The notes under the pieces were generated by a model. That model saw only the letters and a program-made list of their open reading frames with translations. It made no database searches and was not told the DNA's origin. From Histomonas meleagridis 2922-C6/04-290x (Eukaryota > Protista > Parabasalia): a stretch of 64,000 nucleotides of DNA. The translations under genes and the position numbers were made by a program. The stretch lies in NCBI GenBank assembly GCA_020184695.1, contig JAANOX010000205.1, positions 620,001 through 684,000 of the forward strand, given 5' to 3'. Positions 23,706-34,097 of this stretch are shown here, one piece after another (the first letter of the stretch is position 1; the number at the start of each line of letters is the position of its first letter).

Positions 23706-24752
23706 ATGAACGATGTTGACGTTTGTGACTGTTCCTCTCTAAGCTTCACCTCTGGGATTGGAACTTTTACACAAATAAAAGATGAATGTATTCCCCTTGA
23801 TAAACCAAACTTTATATACCCTCCAGATTTTGCAAAAAAATTTAATCAAAACTCAATTTCAGCAATTGAGTTTTACAAAAAGAGAGAAGAAAACCAGTAT
23901 ATCAAAAACACATTTGATTCTAGCCCATATCTTTTCTTTTGTGAAAATTTACATCCAAAAGCAATAACGTGTTACTTTTTTTCAACCCCAAACATATCAA
24001 GTACCTTATTTTATTTCTTTTTTTCCTCCATCAACCTTGAATTTGTTTCTCTATCAGAATCCATTCACTATTTATTTTCTCGAATAGCACTTCCATTTAA
24101 CACACAACAGCTCTCAGTCATATTACATGCTTTTGCAGATGCATATGTTACTGCAAATCATCACATTTTACAGACAAAAGAAGAAATCGTCCAATTAACG
24201 GTCGCCTCTCTTTTGCTCTCTATTAATAAATGCTCAGATTCCTTAATATCTTCCAACATTTTCCTTTCATATCTGGGAGGAGTTAATGCCACAAAAGAGT
24301 TCAAAACAACATTATACGAATCCATCAAATCAAATCCAATTCCGTTATTTTTTACTTTTGTCGATACAAACCAAAAAATTAACTTTGATAAAACAGGATG
24401 CTTAACATGTTTCGGCGGACTGTTGAAAAGGAAGAAAAAATTTTACATCAAGTTAACATCATCTTCAATACAATCATTTAGAGACAAAGAGAAAAAAGTT
24501 CTTCGATCAGATATTCCATTGGACGATGTGGTCATTACTTATTTTCAGCCTCAAGGCAAAGAACAGGCGCACTTTGTCGTAAAAAGATCTGATGAGAAGT
24601 CGTTCGGCCAAAATTACTCAAAAGGTAAACCAAAGGACAAAAAAAGTAATCAGTACACATTCTACTCATCAAATGATAACGAGATAAAGGAGTGGGTAAA
24701 CGTTCTGAAGCTTGTGACGTTTTATCACGTGCTTGAAACAATGTTAAAGTAG
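23706..24752 (+). CDS. Divergent Sec7-like + PH domain protein (cytohesin-like architecture)
   Basis: LFSRIALP...LSVILHAFADAY resembles Sec7. C-terminal PH domain (KTGCL...KKKFYIKL...EIKEWVNVL). Confidence 0.6.
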   Translation: MNDVDVCDCSSLSFTSGIGTFTQIKDECIPLDKPNFIYPPDFAKKFNQNSISAIEFYKKREENQYIKNTFDSSPYLFFCENLHPKAITCYFFSTPNISSTLFYFFFSSINLEFVSLSESIHYLFSRIALPFNTQQLSVILHAFADAYVTANHHILQTKEEIVQLTVASLLLSINKCSDSLISSNIFLSYLGGVNATKEFKTTLYESIKSNPIPLFFTFVDTNQKINFDKTGCLTCFGGLLKRKKKFYIKLTSSSIQSFRDKEKKVLRSDIPLDDVVITYFQPQGKEQAHFVVKRSDEKSFGQNYSKGKPKDKKSNQYTFYSSNDNEIKEWVNVLKLVTFYHVLETMLK

Positions 24753-25448
24753 TGTCGGATTTAAAGTTTTTCATTTCATGAAAAATTGTTACTGTCTAAA
24801 ATGTTTTCTCCATATATTTGTTTTTGAGCAATGAGCTTCCAATGATAACATAACTGAAGAGAATTTCTTCATGTGATTAAGGTAAAAGATAACGTATCAG
24901 TTGCAACTGGAATATCTGATGATGATATTAAACATTACAAAAGAAGGTTTAAGAAGAATTAATGTTTATTAATATGTTTTTTGAGAGTCACAAAGAAGTT
25001 AAATGGTTCATCTTTTTCCACAAAAATGGCGATTTTTTTTAGCAAATAACACATCAAATATAGTTGCGTAACATAAATTTTGCCTATAGGTAAATGAAAA
25101 ATAATTTCTTCCCAGGGAGTGTATTCCGCTTTTGAAAAGTGGAAGTGCAAAAAGAAAAATGCTTCCTTAATTGATAAAGGTGATGACTCGTGGTTAACTT
25201 ATATAATTAAATTCATGTTAAAACCTGTAGAGATAATTTGCTCAGTTCGCTGACATGTGTCCCATAAAATGAAGAAGAACGTTAAAACCCGTTATCTTTG
25301 TTTGATACAGCCATGCTGAAGTGAATTTGCTTTGCTGAAATGAAATTGTTTTGCATTAGCTCTTTGGTTTTGGTTTGTTTTGTTAGGTAGATAGATGGAA
25401 GGATGTTGAAATCTAAAATAAGTGTAATTTGGTTCAAGTGTTGTTTAT

Positions 25449-25823
25449 TTAGCAGTTAGCAGCCATTAACTTAGCAACGCACTTGGAAACGCCTGCAGCA
25501 GCGTTGGCTGGAACTTGACCATCAACACACTTGGCAGCAACGAGGACGGTCTTTGCCTTTTGGAGAACGAGAGCTTCCTTTCCGAGTTGAGCAAGGATTG
25601 AATCATCGACAGCACGAACGACGATGTATTTCTTGCCATTGTAAGTGATTCCCTTTGATTGAGCAGATGCGATGTTGTTAAGGCATGCAGCATAGTTTTG
25701 CATTTCAGCTTGTTTGGCTTCCCACTTTCCTTCCTTGCCGCAGAGAGCTCCTTGGAGAGAGATGATGGCACAACCGGCGGCGATGTCCTTGACATCAGCG
25801 AGATAAGCATTCCAACCAGACAT
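25449..25823 (-). CDS. Profilin
   Basis: MSGWNAY start, GITYNGKKYIV core, 124 aa. An Inr-like TCACTT lies just upstream of the ATG. Confidence 0.88.
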   Translation of the reverse strand: MSGWNAYLADVKDIAAGCAIISLQGALCGKEGKWEAKQAEMQNYAACLNNIASAQSKGITYNGKKYIVVRAVDDSILAQLGKEALVLQKAKTVLVAAKCVDGQVPANAAAGVSKCVAKLMAANC

Positions 25824-26671
25824 GATTCGAAGTGAGGTGATTATCCACCAGTTTTCTATCAATTTTCTGTCTACTTTTCTGTCCGATTTACGGTTATTTT
25901 ACAGGCTATCAAGTGAAGGTGGCCCAACGTCGTGACAGAATCTGTCATTTCACCTCGGGACATAATTAAAAGTTTATAAAAAAATTATTCTTTCCAAAAA
26001 TCGATTCATAAAAACACAAAAAAACTAAAATGGTTATCAAGGGTATTGTAAATTACAATGACATTATTTTTTAGGCTGAAATAATTTTTCCAAATAATTT
26101 TATATCACCTGATTAATGTTTGAAAACATATCATAAAAAAACCTTCCCATAAAACCGAGTAATGCTGTTTTGTTAAAACTAATCAAATAAGTAATATCAA
26201 CGATTTCGGCTTAGCCATTGCAATGTGACGATAGAAGTTTACATACAGAAATGTGATGTGAAAAACGTTCCTAAACCGGTTTGCCCAGAAGACAATCCTA
26301 TCTTATCGATCACTCACTAAAACATCTTATTCATTCATTGTAATTAACGATAAATGCTTTACGAATCATTCCGTGTGATATTTTTATTAATCAAGATTTC
26401 TTGATTACCATTTATTAAAAATTATTTAAATAAAATCTTTTTTCATATTTTTAAAGCAACTTTGCTAATCATTATAATTATGTTATCATTAATCTGATTT
26501 ATTTAAAACATTTAAAAAAGATCATAAACGAAAAACGATCAAATTCAATTCAAAAAGTCATGTAGAGCGTTTGCCCGTTTACTATGGCGGGCGATATGAT
26601 TAAGAAAGCCGTTTACTCGGTCATATCGAAGATGTCCCGCAAAATGAGTTGGCGCCAACCCAAAACTTAAA

Positions 26672-27940
26672 ATGGATCCAAGTGACGAAAGCATTGGCTT
26701 TGCTGATGTAAACTCATCACCAATTGTCGAACATGAAATTGGTGAATCTTTCGTTGACACTCACATATCAGATTTCAACTCGAAAATTAATGATTTTGAA
26801 CAAAAACCCAAAAAACCAAAGTCAGTTCGAAGCAAAGTTACAGATGATGATGCAAAAGATATGGCATTTTGGTCGAGCGCTAAGCGTCAAGCATGGGCAG
26901 CAATTGATACGAATCCAAATGCATTCTATTACAGACATGTAGCACCAGGACAAAAGAAGCGCACTGGTGCATGGGATGCCAAAGAAAAACAACTTTTCTT
27001 CGAAGCAATTAAAGTGCATCCTCCAAGTCAAGGGAAATGGGGATTGTTTGCAATGCATATTCCTGGCCGAGTTGGTTACCAGTGTCGTAACTTTTATCAT
27101 CATTTACTTCAAACAGGTGAATTAAAAGCATTACCAGAAGATCTCGAAAAAATTCATCGTAGAAAGAAAAAGGGAACAACGTCAACCAAATCTCCAAGAT
27201 CTAAGCAAAATCATTCGAAAATGGCTCTTGCTCCTGAATATGACTTTGATATTGTTCCACAAATAAGTGAAGAATCTGAACAAACAGAATCAGAGGAAGA
27301 AATATTCGAAGAAGAAGTGGTGGTAAAGCAACCACAAATTGAAATTGATTCGCTTAGATTTTTCAGTTCAAGGCTTCGACAGATGGAAGAAGAACAAACA
27401 TTCCCAAATCCTCAAACGTTTGAAGCAATTCCTTCATCGCCAATATCATTTCCACAAAGTGATGATTTTGTTACTTGTTCACCAATTAGTGGAATTCCAG
27501 AACCACAAACATTTGATACAAATCCTCTATCAACAAATGTAGAAATGCAAGATGAAGAAATGCCACTAAAGTGGTCTCCTAGAATGAAGGAACCGTGGAA
27601 AACGAGAAAGAATCAAAATGACAAAATTGTGTTTCCTGCGGCCGCATCAAATTTATTTGAAAATGTTAACGGTCAATGTCCACCTTTTGAATATGAATCA
27701 TCGAAAATACTCGAAGCAAACAAAGATAACATGTTAAATTTGGTACTTTTTAATTTGCCTTTGTTTGACGGAACAAAAAAGGCACATTATATAAATGCAG
27801 TGAGAAAACATCTTTGTAGAGATAACCAATCCCAAAAGGATCAGCTTGTTAAGGCATTTTTCGCTGTTCAAGGTCGAAGCCAAGCTGAAATTGAATATTT
27901 CGCAGATCAAATAATAATCTTAGCTAATAAGATAGAATAA
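26672..27940 (+). CDS. Myb-like (single-repeat) DNA-binding protein
   Basis: GAWDAKEKQLF...GKWGLFAMHIPGRVGYQCRNFY Myb/SANT repeat. Confidence 0.8.
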   Translation: MDPSDESIGFADVNSSPIVEHEIGESFVDTHISDFNSKINDFEQKPKKPKSVRSKVTDDDAKDMAFWSSAKRQAWAAIDTNPNAFYYRHVAPGQKKRTGAWDAKEKQLFFEAIKVHPPSQGKWGLFAMHIPGRVGYQCRNFYHHLLQTGELKALPEDLEKIHRRKKKGTTSTKSPRSKQNHSKMALAPEYDFDIVPQISEESEQTESEEEIFEEEVVVKQPQIEIDSLRFFSSRLRQMEEEQTFPNPQTFEAIPSSPISFPQSDDFVTCSPISGIPEPQTFDTNPLSTNVEMQDEEMPLKWSPRMKEPWKTRKNQNDKIVFPAAASNLFENVNGQCPPFEYESSKILEANKDNMLNLVLFNLPLFDGTKKAHYINAVRKHLCRDNQSQKDQLVKAFFAVQGRSQAEIEYFADQIIILANKIE

Positions 27941-28721
27941 TCAATAAATTGTAATTTTCTATTTCTGTTTTATGTTTATCTTCTGAAGGATTTCTTAAAA
28001 TGGGAGTCCGGACGTCTGATGGTCAGATATAAATCCAATTCTCAAACAAAAACACCTTGGAACCAAAAATAATTTATTAATTCTTTTGTAGTAAAATGTG
28101 CAATATTTATTTTATTTTTTAAATATCAGTTATCTAGGTTAAAATGATATGTTTTTATTCATCTAGTCAATCTCAGATTCATATGAAAATTTGTTCACAT
28201 ATTTTTCGAAAATGAAGGCATAAATCAAAATTTTGGTCATTATGATTGATTTTGTGAAAATTATTATTCTCTAAATTTTTTTGTACTTCAAAGTTAGAAA
28301 AAATGTACTCATTTTAAAGTTATCAAATTTTTCAAATTCGAAAAATTGATCCAAGTGAAAAGGAAAATTTTGTATACATAATTATACTTTAAAGAATATA
28401 TCTATAATGAAATTTAAGGTTTTGTTTAAATACAAAAATTATACATTTTTATAATCTGAAATCAAAAAACAATTTTTGAAAATATTCTTCAAATCAAAAA
28501 TTGAGTCTATAGTAATTGTAATCCAACAAATAATCATTTGGCAAGATTTCTTATAAAAATTTTATTTACTTTTCAGTGAGATATTTTTATTTAAAAATCA
28601 TATTTACTTTAGCTAAAAATTGTATAACATTGGAGGTTAATTCAAAACATATCGTTCTATCGTTCATATACAAACTTAAGGTGCCCCAAGAAATCGAACG
28701 TTAGAATACATAAAACTCACC

Positions 28722-28979
28722 ATGGAAAACCAAAGGGAAGCATTTCGCAAATATCTAGACGATGGTGGAGTTTTAGATACCCTGACGAGAGTTTTAGTTG
28801 CTCTTTACGAAGAACCAGAAAATCCTGAAGATCCACTTGAATACATTAAACAATTTTTAGGATCACCACAAGGTGTCGATGTTGAAAGTCTTCAGAAAGA
28901 AAATCAAGAATTAGAGGAACAGGTTAAAACCCTGGAAGCACGGGTAGCAGAATTAAAACAAAAATTGGGTAATAAATAA
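28722..28979 (+). CDS. MYCBP: c-Myc-binding protein (MYCBP/AMY-1) homologue
   Basis: REAFRKYL..GGVLDTLTRVLVALYEEPE.PEDPLEYIKQFLG followed by a coiled coil. Confidence 0.8.
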   Translation: MENQREAFRKYLDDGGVLDTLTRVLVALYEEPENPEDPLEYIKQFLGSPQGVDVESLQKENQELEEQVKTLEARVAELKQKLGNK

Positions 28980-29130
28980 ATGTCGTTAAAAATTATTTGA
29001 ACAATAACACACGGATTAATTGGAATAGATCTATCAAGGAAAATTCTTATTTTTTTAAGAAGCCTCTCTTTGATTGCTTTAATTTTGGTTTCCAACTATT
29101 TTCTGTGAATTTTGATCGTCATTAATCGCA

Positions 29131-30303
29131 ATGTTTGAAGTCACAACAGCAGATCAAAGTCTCGATTGCTTTTCATTGTCACGAAAACCACTCAAAATCA
29201 TGAATTGCAATGGCAACCAAATTTTTACCAGCTGTCAAACACGTTTACCTTTATCTCAACATTTATATGAAGATTGTCGAAATCTTGCTTCAAAAGAATG
29301 GGAAATCGAAATATTACCTCCATCCCAAACTAATGCAGCTTCCTTTTCTACAGACGATAAAACAGGTATTTTTTCAGATCACCTCAATAAAGATTTCAAT
29401 CCCTTTACTATTCCTGAATCAGGTCCTCTTTTCAGCGAGCATTCCCTTCAATATCACCGTGAAAAAGAAAGGCCATATTATTTTTGCGAACTTCCAACAA
29501 CGAATATGCGTTTTGAACCAAAGATCTTCTATAATGAAGCATCAAGTCCTTTCTATAAAGTTTCTCTTCCAAATTGCGATCATTGCGGTGTAGGGCTTGC
29601 TTATCCATTCTACGCCTCAGTAACATGTAATCTCTGCTGCAATTGCATTTCTCAGGGTTTCATTCCTCCGCATCAATCATCGCTCGACTTTTTCAAAGTA
29701 GAACCGCCTGACCACACAAGTGGCGGTTGGACCCTTGCTGAAACCAATAAACTCTTGTCTCTGGTTGAGGATCATGGAGATGATTGGAACACAATTGCTT
29801 CATTAATGAAAACACGTACTCCGGCTGAGTGTCTTCTTCATTTTGTTCGAATTCCTATGTATGATCCTTATTATGTTGCAGACCCAACTATTGTTCCTCC
29901 AGGAGCAATTCCAACAGACCCTAACATTCTTCCTTTCATCATTGCGCAAGACCCAGTAGCTGCTTATGTTGAATTCATACATTCATTTTTACCAAGTATT
30001 GGAACTGTTATTGCTGAAGCATCACAGAAAGATTTAGAAGAAGTCCTTGCCAACAAGAGCGGTATGGTAATGTTTAATCAGGTACCAAAAATGCTTGAAC
30101 ATTTATTGCAATTGACTGGAGAAGTTGCAGGAAAAGCAGCCAAAGAAGAAGCTGACGTTCTTATTGGAATGCTAAAGGACACACTTAGGATGCTTGAAAG
30201 AGAAGTAAAATTACTCCACAGAGAATTCGAAAAAGATCAGAAAGAACTGTTTTCTGCAGAATATGCAAATGTTCTGAGACAAAATGATGATGATATAGAA
30301 TAA
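29131..30303 (+). CDS. SWI3/SMARCC-like SANT-domain chromatin protein
   Basis: ZZ-like Cys cluster (CDHC...CNLCCNC), then SANT GWTLAETNKLL...DDWNTIA...TRTPAECLLHF, and NPF-like DPVAAYVEF. Confidence 0.7.
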   Translation: MFEVTTADQSLDCFSLSRKPLKIMNCNGNQIFTSCQTRLPLSQHLYEDCRNLASKEWEIEILPPSQTNAASFSTDDKTGIFSDHLNKDFNPFTIPESGPLFSEHSLQYHREKERPYYFCELPTTNMRFEPKIFYNEASSPFYKVSLPNCDHCGVGLAYPFYASVTCNLCCNCISQGFIPPHQSSLDFFKVEPPDHTSGGWTLAETNKLLSLVEDHGDDWNTIASLMKTRTPAECLLHFVRIPMYDPYYVADPTIVPPGAIPTDPNILPFIIAQDPVAAYVEFIHSFLPSIGTVIAEASQKDLEEVLANKSGMVMFNQVPKMLEHLLQLTGEVAGKAAKEEADVLIGMLKDTLRMLEREVKLLHREFEKDQKELFSAEYANVLRQNDDDIE

Positions 30304-30520
30304 ATGAAATTATGTTTTCTTGTTTAAATACCAGACTCTTAATTACGTGATAAATTTATATTGGATTTTAAAATAAAATTTGTTTTCAACAGAACTAAGG
30401 AATTTTTTGCGCTTGTCTTGGCATAGACAACAGTAATTTGTTTCAAATTTTGTGTACTTTATATAATGTTTCAAATTTTGTGTACTTTATATAATGTTTA
30501 AACATTTTTGTGAAGACATA

Positions 30521-30876
30521 ATGACTTGTTGGTTGCTATTTTCTGCGTTGACGTTACCTTAAAATCCATAAAATGATTTGTTTGATGTCAAGGCCGAACA
30601 AATATTTCTATACTTTATGAATCTACATTGAAAAAAGTCATCAAAAGCACTTTTTACAATCGTATACTTTATATGCAATAATGACTTGTTCATTGTCATA
30701 TCGTCGAGACACTTTTATGTTTTGTCTACTTTATGGCATAAAATGACTTGTCTGTTGCCAAAACCGATACACACTTTTTAAATTTGACAGATTTATTCGC
30801 GAAAATGACTTGTTCATTGTCATTTCGTTCAATTTTATTCAATATTTTTGAATGAAATATGACTTGTTCATTGCCA
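30521..30876. promoter_or_regulatory. Array of six ATGAC-N9-GYCA(W) pseudo-palindromic motifs upstream of a Myb gene
   Basis: Copies start at 30521, 30573, 30681, 30743, 30805 and 30859. Those at 30681 and 30805 are perfect ATGAC-TTGTTCATT-GTCAT. Confidence 0.55.
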
Positions 30877-30937
30877 ACCGCATTCAAAAACTGAGGATGA
30901 AGGAACAGAAAGAAATTACATCATTTTTGTATTAGGA

Positions 30938-31543
30938 ATGTTCTTTACAAATACATTTGAACAACAAATGGAAGCTCCAAAAGCTAGTGGTAGTCTAAGA
31001 AACTTTAAACCACATGCAAAGTTTAATGAAGAAGAAGATGAACGATTGAAAGAAGTTGTCTCACGTCTTGGCGACTACGATTGGAACCGCATTGCTCAAG
31101 AAATGCCTGGCCGTAATCCACGTCAATGCAAGGAACGCTGGACTTATTACTTATCACCATCTCTCAACACTTCTCCATGGACTGAAGAAGAAGATAAATT
31201 ACTTCTTGCCAAGCAGCGTGAGCTTGGTTCTAAGTGGGTCAAAATATCCAAATTCTTCCATAACCGCACAGATGCTATGGTTAAGAACAGATATCAAGTT
31301 CTCATGCGCAAGATGAAGAAAGGAATGCTTAAACTTCCATGCGAACCAGTGAAATTACAACCTGTTCGTCCATTTCAACCGATTGCTCCAAATGTCACTG
31401 CAGTACATACAGATTACCCACAAAACATCTTACAGAATCCTCCATCACCAATAGAGTCATCAGTGGAACAAGATATTTTTGATGATTTAGACTTTTTCGG
31501 ATCAAATAATGATTTCATTTTAGATGATTTCATTGATTTCTAA
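30938..31543 (+). CDS. R2R3 Myb transcription factor
   Basis: KFNEEEDERL...DWNRIA..MPGRNPRQCKERW..YLSP...PWTEEEDKLL...GSKWVKIS...RTDAMVKNRY. Confidence 0.92.
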   Translation: MFFTNTFEQQMEAPKASGSLRNFKPHAKFNEEEDERLKEVVSRLGDYDWNRIAQEMPGRNPRQCKERWTYYLSPSLNTSPWTEEEDKLLLAKQRELGSKWVKISKFFHNRTDAMVKNRYQVLMRKMKKGMLKLPCEPVKLQPVRPFQPIAPNVTAVHTDYPQNILQNPPSPIESSVEQDIFDDLDFFGSNNDFILDDFIDF

Positions 31544-31636
31544 TTTTCTCAATATAGAATATAATAATAAACTTTCTTCTATCTGTTAAATATGTTTTTG
31601 TATCGATAGGTTTGCTGAAATAATATTTGGAAATAT

Positions 31637-31830
31637 GCATCGCTTATGAAGGCATCAATTAATGGCTATATTAATGTGATTCAATTACTTCTTGAACAAG
31701 AAGGTATTGATATTAACACTTAAAATATTTATTTGAAATTTGTTACAATAATTTGATAATTCAAAATAGTATTTGGAAATTATTTAAAATATTTAAAACA
31801 GCACTCTCTTTAGCTATTGTTAGCTTTCAT
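31637..31830 (+). pseudogene. Ankyrin-repeat remnant with 17-nt elements
   Basis: SLMKAS.NGYINVIQLLLEQEGIDINT*N, then E/D/G/K single codons separated by 17-nt spacers, then TALSLA. Contains a TAA where Lys is expected. Confidence 0.6.
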
Positions 31831-32059
31831 CAAAAATATTTGAAAACAAATATTTCCGAAATCTGGGAAATGGACGAATTTGTTGGAGTACAAAATTATC
31901 AATATAGTTATGTGTAAAAGAAAATGGATATAATACATTTTATAATTGATATTATTTAAAGGAAATAACAATACAAAATGGAACCACAAACAATTCATTT
32001 ACATATAGTTCATCATTCCGACATAAATTACATCAATTTTAATAATTTTGAAACAATTA

Positions 32060-32480
32060 GTGATAAATGAATTACAAAGTATTACATTTGGTAACTCGCT
32101 TGAAGTCATTGGAGATTTTGCATTTACTTAAACAGCAATTGAAGAATTAACAATTGGAAACTCCGCATTCCTTGGAACACAATTAGAAAAGTTCATAATT
32201 TATGATACAATGCAATATATTTATGTTCCAAATTAACTTAAATATTCTTTAATACCACTTATCCTCCTAATTGTGATGATAATTTATTCCTTTATATGTA
32301 GCAACTGCTTATATTATTGTTATTAATAATTTCGTTGGTGATCATATAAGTAATCGAAAAGTAAGAAGAATAAGTGAAAAAGATAACACACAAATGGAGT
32401 TGTAGCTGCTTGTCTAATTGTCATTGTTATATGTATCGCAGTGACTGTGGTCTATGAGAACACAGAAGCATACAAAGGAT
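32060..32480 (+). pseudogene. BspA-like LRR remnant
   Basis: LQSITFGNSLEVIGDFAFT*TAIEELTIGNSAFLGT with stops, followed by a transmembrane-like remnant (GVVAACLIVIVICIAV). Boundaries approximate. Confidence 0.5.
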
Positions 32481-32797
32481 GAATAGATCCGCAGAGCCAA
32501 GAAATAATACTTACTCAACGTGGAGCATCACAGCAATATCAAACACACCAAACGTACAAAATCTATACCAGGAATACTGATAAATAAAAAATTCATTTTC
32601 AATTGTAGTCACATTAAATGTAAGTAGCCGAAATGCATCTTTTTATAACTTAATGATTTCTTTTGTGGATTCACAACTTGTTTAAGTTTTAAAGTCCTCT
32701 TATCATATGAACAGTTATTGTTGTGTTTCGATATAACAAAGGGCTTTTTTTATGCTAAATGAGCGAAACCAGTATTTTTAACATGCGCCTTCTCATA

Positions 32798-33989
32798 ATG
32801 AACCCTTTAAATAGGGAAAATGAAAACGACAGTTGGGGAAATGCTCTTAGTTGGAGAAATAATAAAACTTCTGGTTGGAAGAAAACAAATAACAACAAGC
32901 AAAGAAAACAAATTATATGACGGTAAGATAAGCCAATTCCTTCAAACTCGCCTGATGAAAAAAAAGTTTGGGGAAACTCTACTCAAAATAACAGCCAATG
33001 GGTAGCTATGATAAGTGGAGCACGCCAAGTAATTCCACCACAAATTGGGGGAATTGGGGAAAAAATGAACAAGAAAATAAACAAACAAATAAAGAAGAAA
33101 CTAAATTAATAAATGAACAAGAAACTAAATTAATAAATGAAGAAGAAACTAAATTAATAAATGAACAAGAAACTAAATTAATAAATGAACAAGAAAATAA
33201 ATTAATAAATGAACAAGAAACTAAATTAATAAATTTTAATAATTTCAAATTTAATGTTAATATTTGGAATTTATTCATAAAATTTTCTGCTTTTTATGGC
33301 AACACTGAATCAGTGGAATTACTTCTTAAGCATCCGGATATAGATATATTAATTCAGGTATTTAATTTAATGATACAATGTTTGATAAAAATATTTGATC
33401 ATTATTTAAATTATTTAGGACACCACTTATGACTGCATATGAAAAAAGTCATGTTAAATTATTACTTTCAGAAAAAGGAATCGATATTAATGCTAAAGGG
33501 ATTTATTTATCTTATATAAATTTTTTTAAAGTAATTTTATATATCTAAATAATATTTGAAATCCATATAAAATATTTAATACACCACTTATAATTGCATG
33601 TTATAAAGATTATAATGAAGTAGTTAAATTATTACTTTTACATGATGGGGTTGATGTTAATGCTAGAAATATTTATTTATTTTATAAAAAAATTTTTTTT
33701 TAAATAATTTTGTGTATCGAAATAATATTTGGAATCCTTTTATTATATTTAATACATTATTTATGATGGCATGCTCGTATAATAAAATTGAAATAGTTAA
33801 ATTCCTTCATAAAAATCCAATAATTGATGAAAAAGCTTGCAATGTTTCTTAATTTTAATCGATTTTTGTTATATCACTATGCAATTTCTATAAAACATTT
33901 GGAATTTATTCTTAAAACTTAATACAGCTTACAAAATTGCAATGTCGAAGAAACACAGAAAGATACTTCAAATACTTGATCAAAAATAA
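32798..33989 (+). pseudogene. Degenerate gene: WG-rich N-terminus, 24-nt tandem repeat, then ankyrin repeats with 17-nt elements
   Basis: Frameshifted WG-rich start. Ankyrin exons (TPLIIACY..., TLFMMACS..., TAYKIA...) are joined through 17-nt-element loops at 33229-33285, 33358-33419, 33501-33580, 33671-33753 and 33844-33923. Stop at 33987-33989. Confidence 0.55.
33097..33233 (+). repeat. 24-bp tandem repeat (~5.7 copies) encoding ETKLINEQ
   Basis: Units GAAACTAAATTAATAAATGAA(C/G)AA start at 33097, 33121, 33145, 33169, 33193 and 33217. Confidence 0.9.
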
Positions 33990-34097
33990 TAAAACAACAA
34001 ATCAAATTTGAATAAATCCTTCAAAAAATATTTTTTTCTTCGGAGGCTTTAATTTGGAAAAGAAAATTAATCAAAAATATGATTTAAATAAATTATT

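Noticed and set aside
30521-30876. CRISPR-like array (repeats with unique spacers)
   Set aside because: Eukaryotic context, degenerate 18-nt repeats, irregular spacing and no cas genes; better explained as regulatory motifs.
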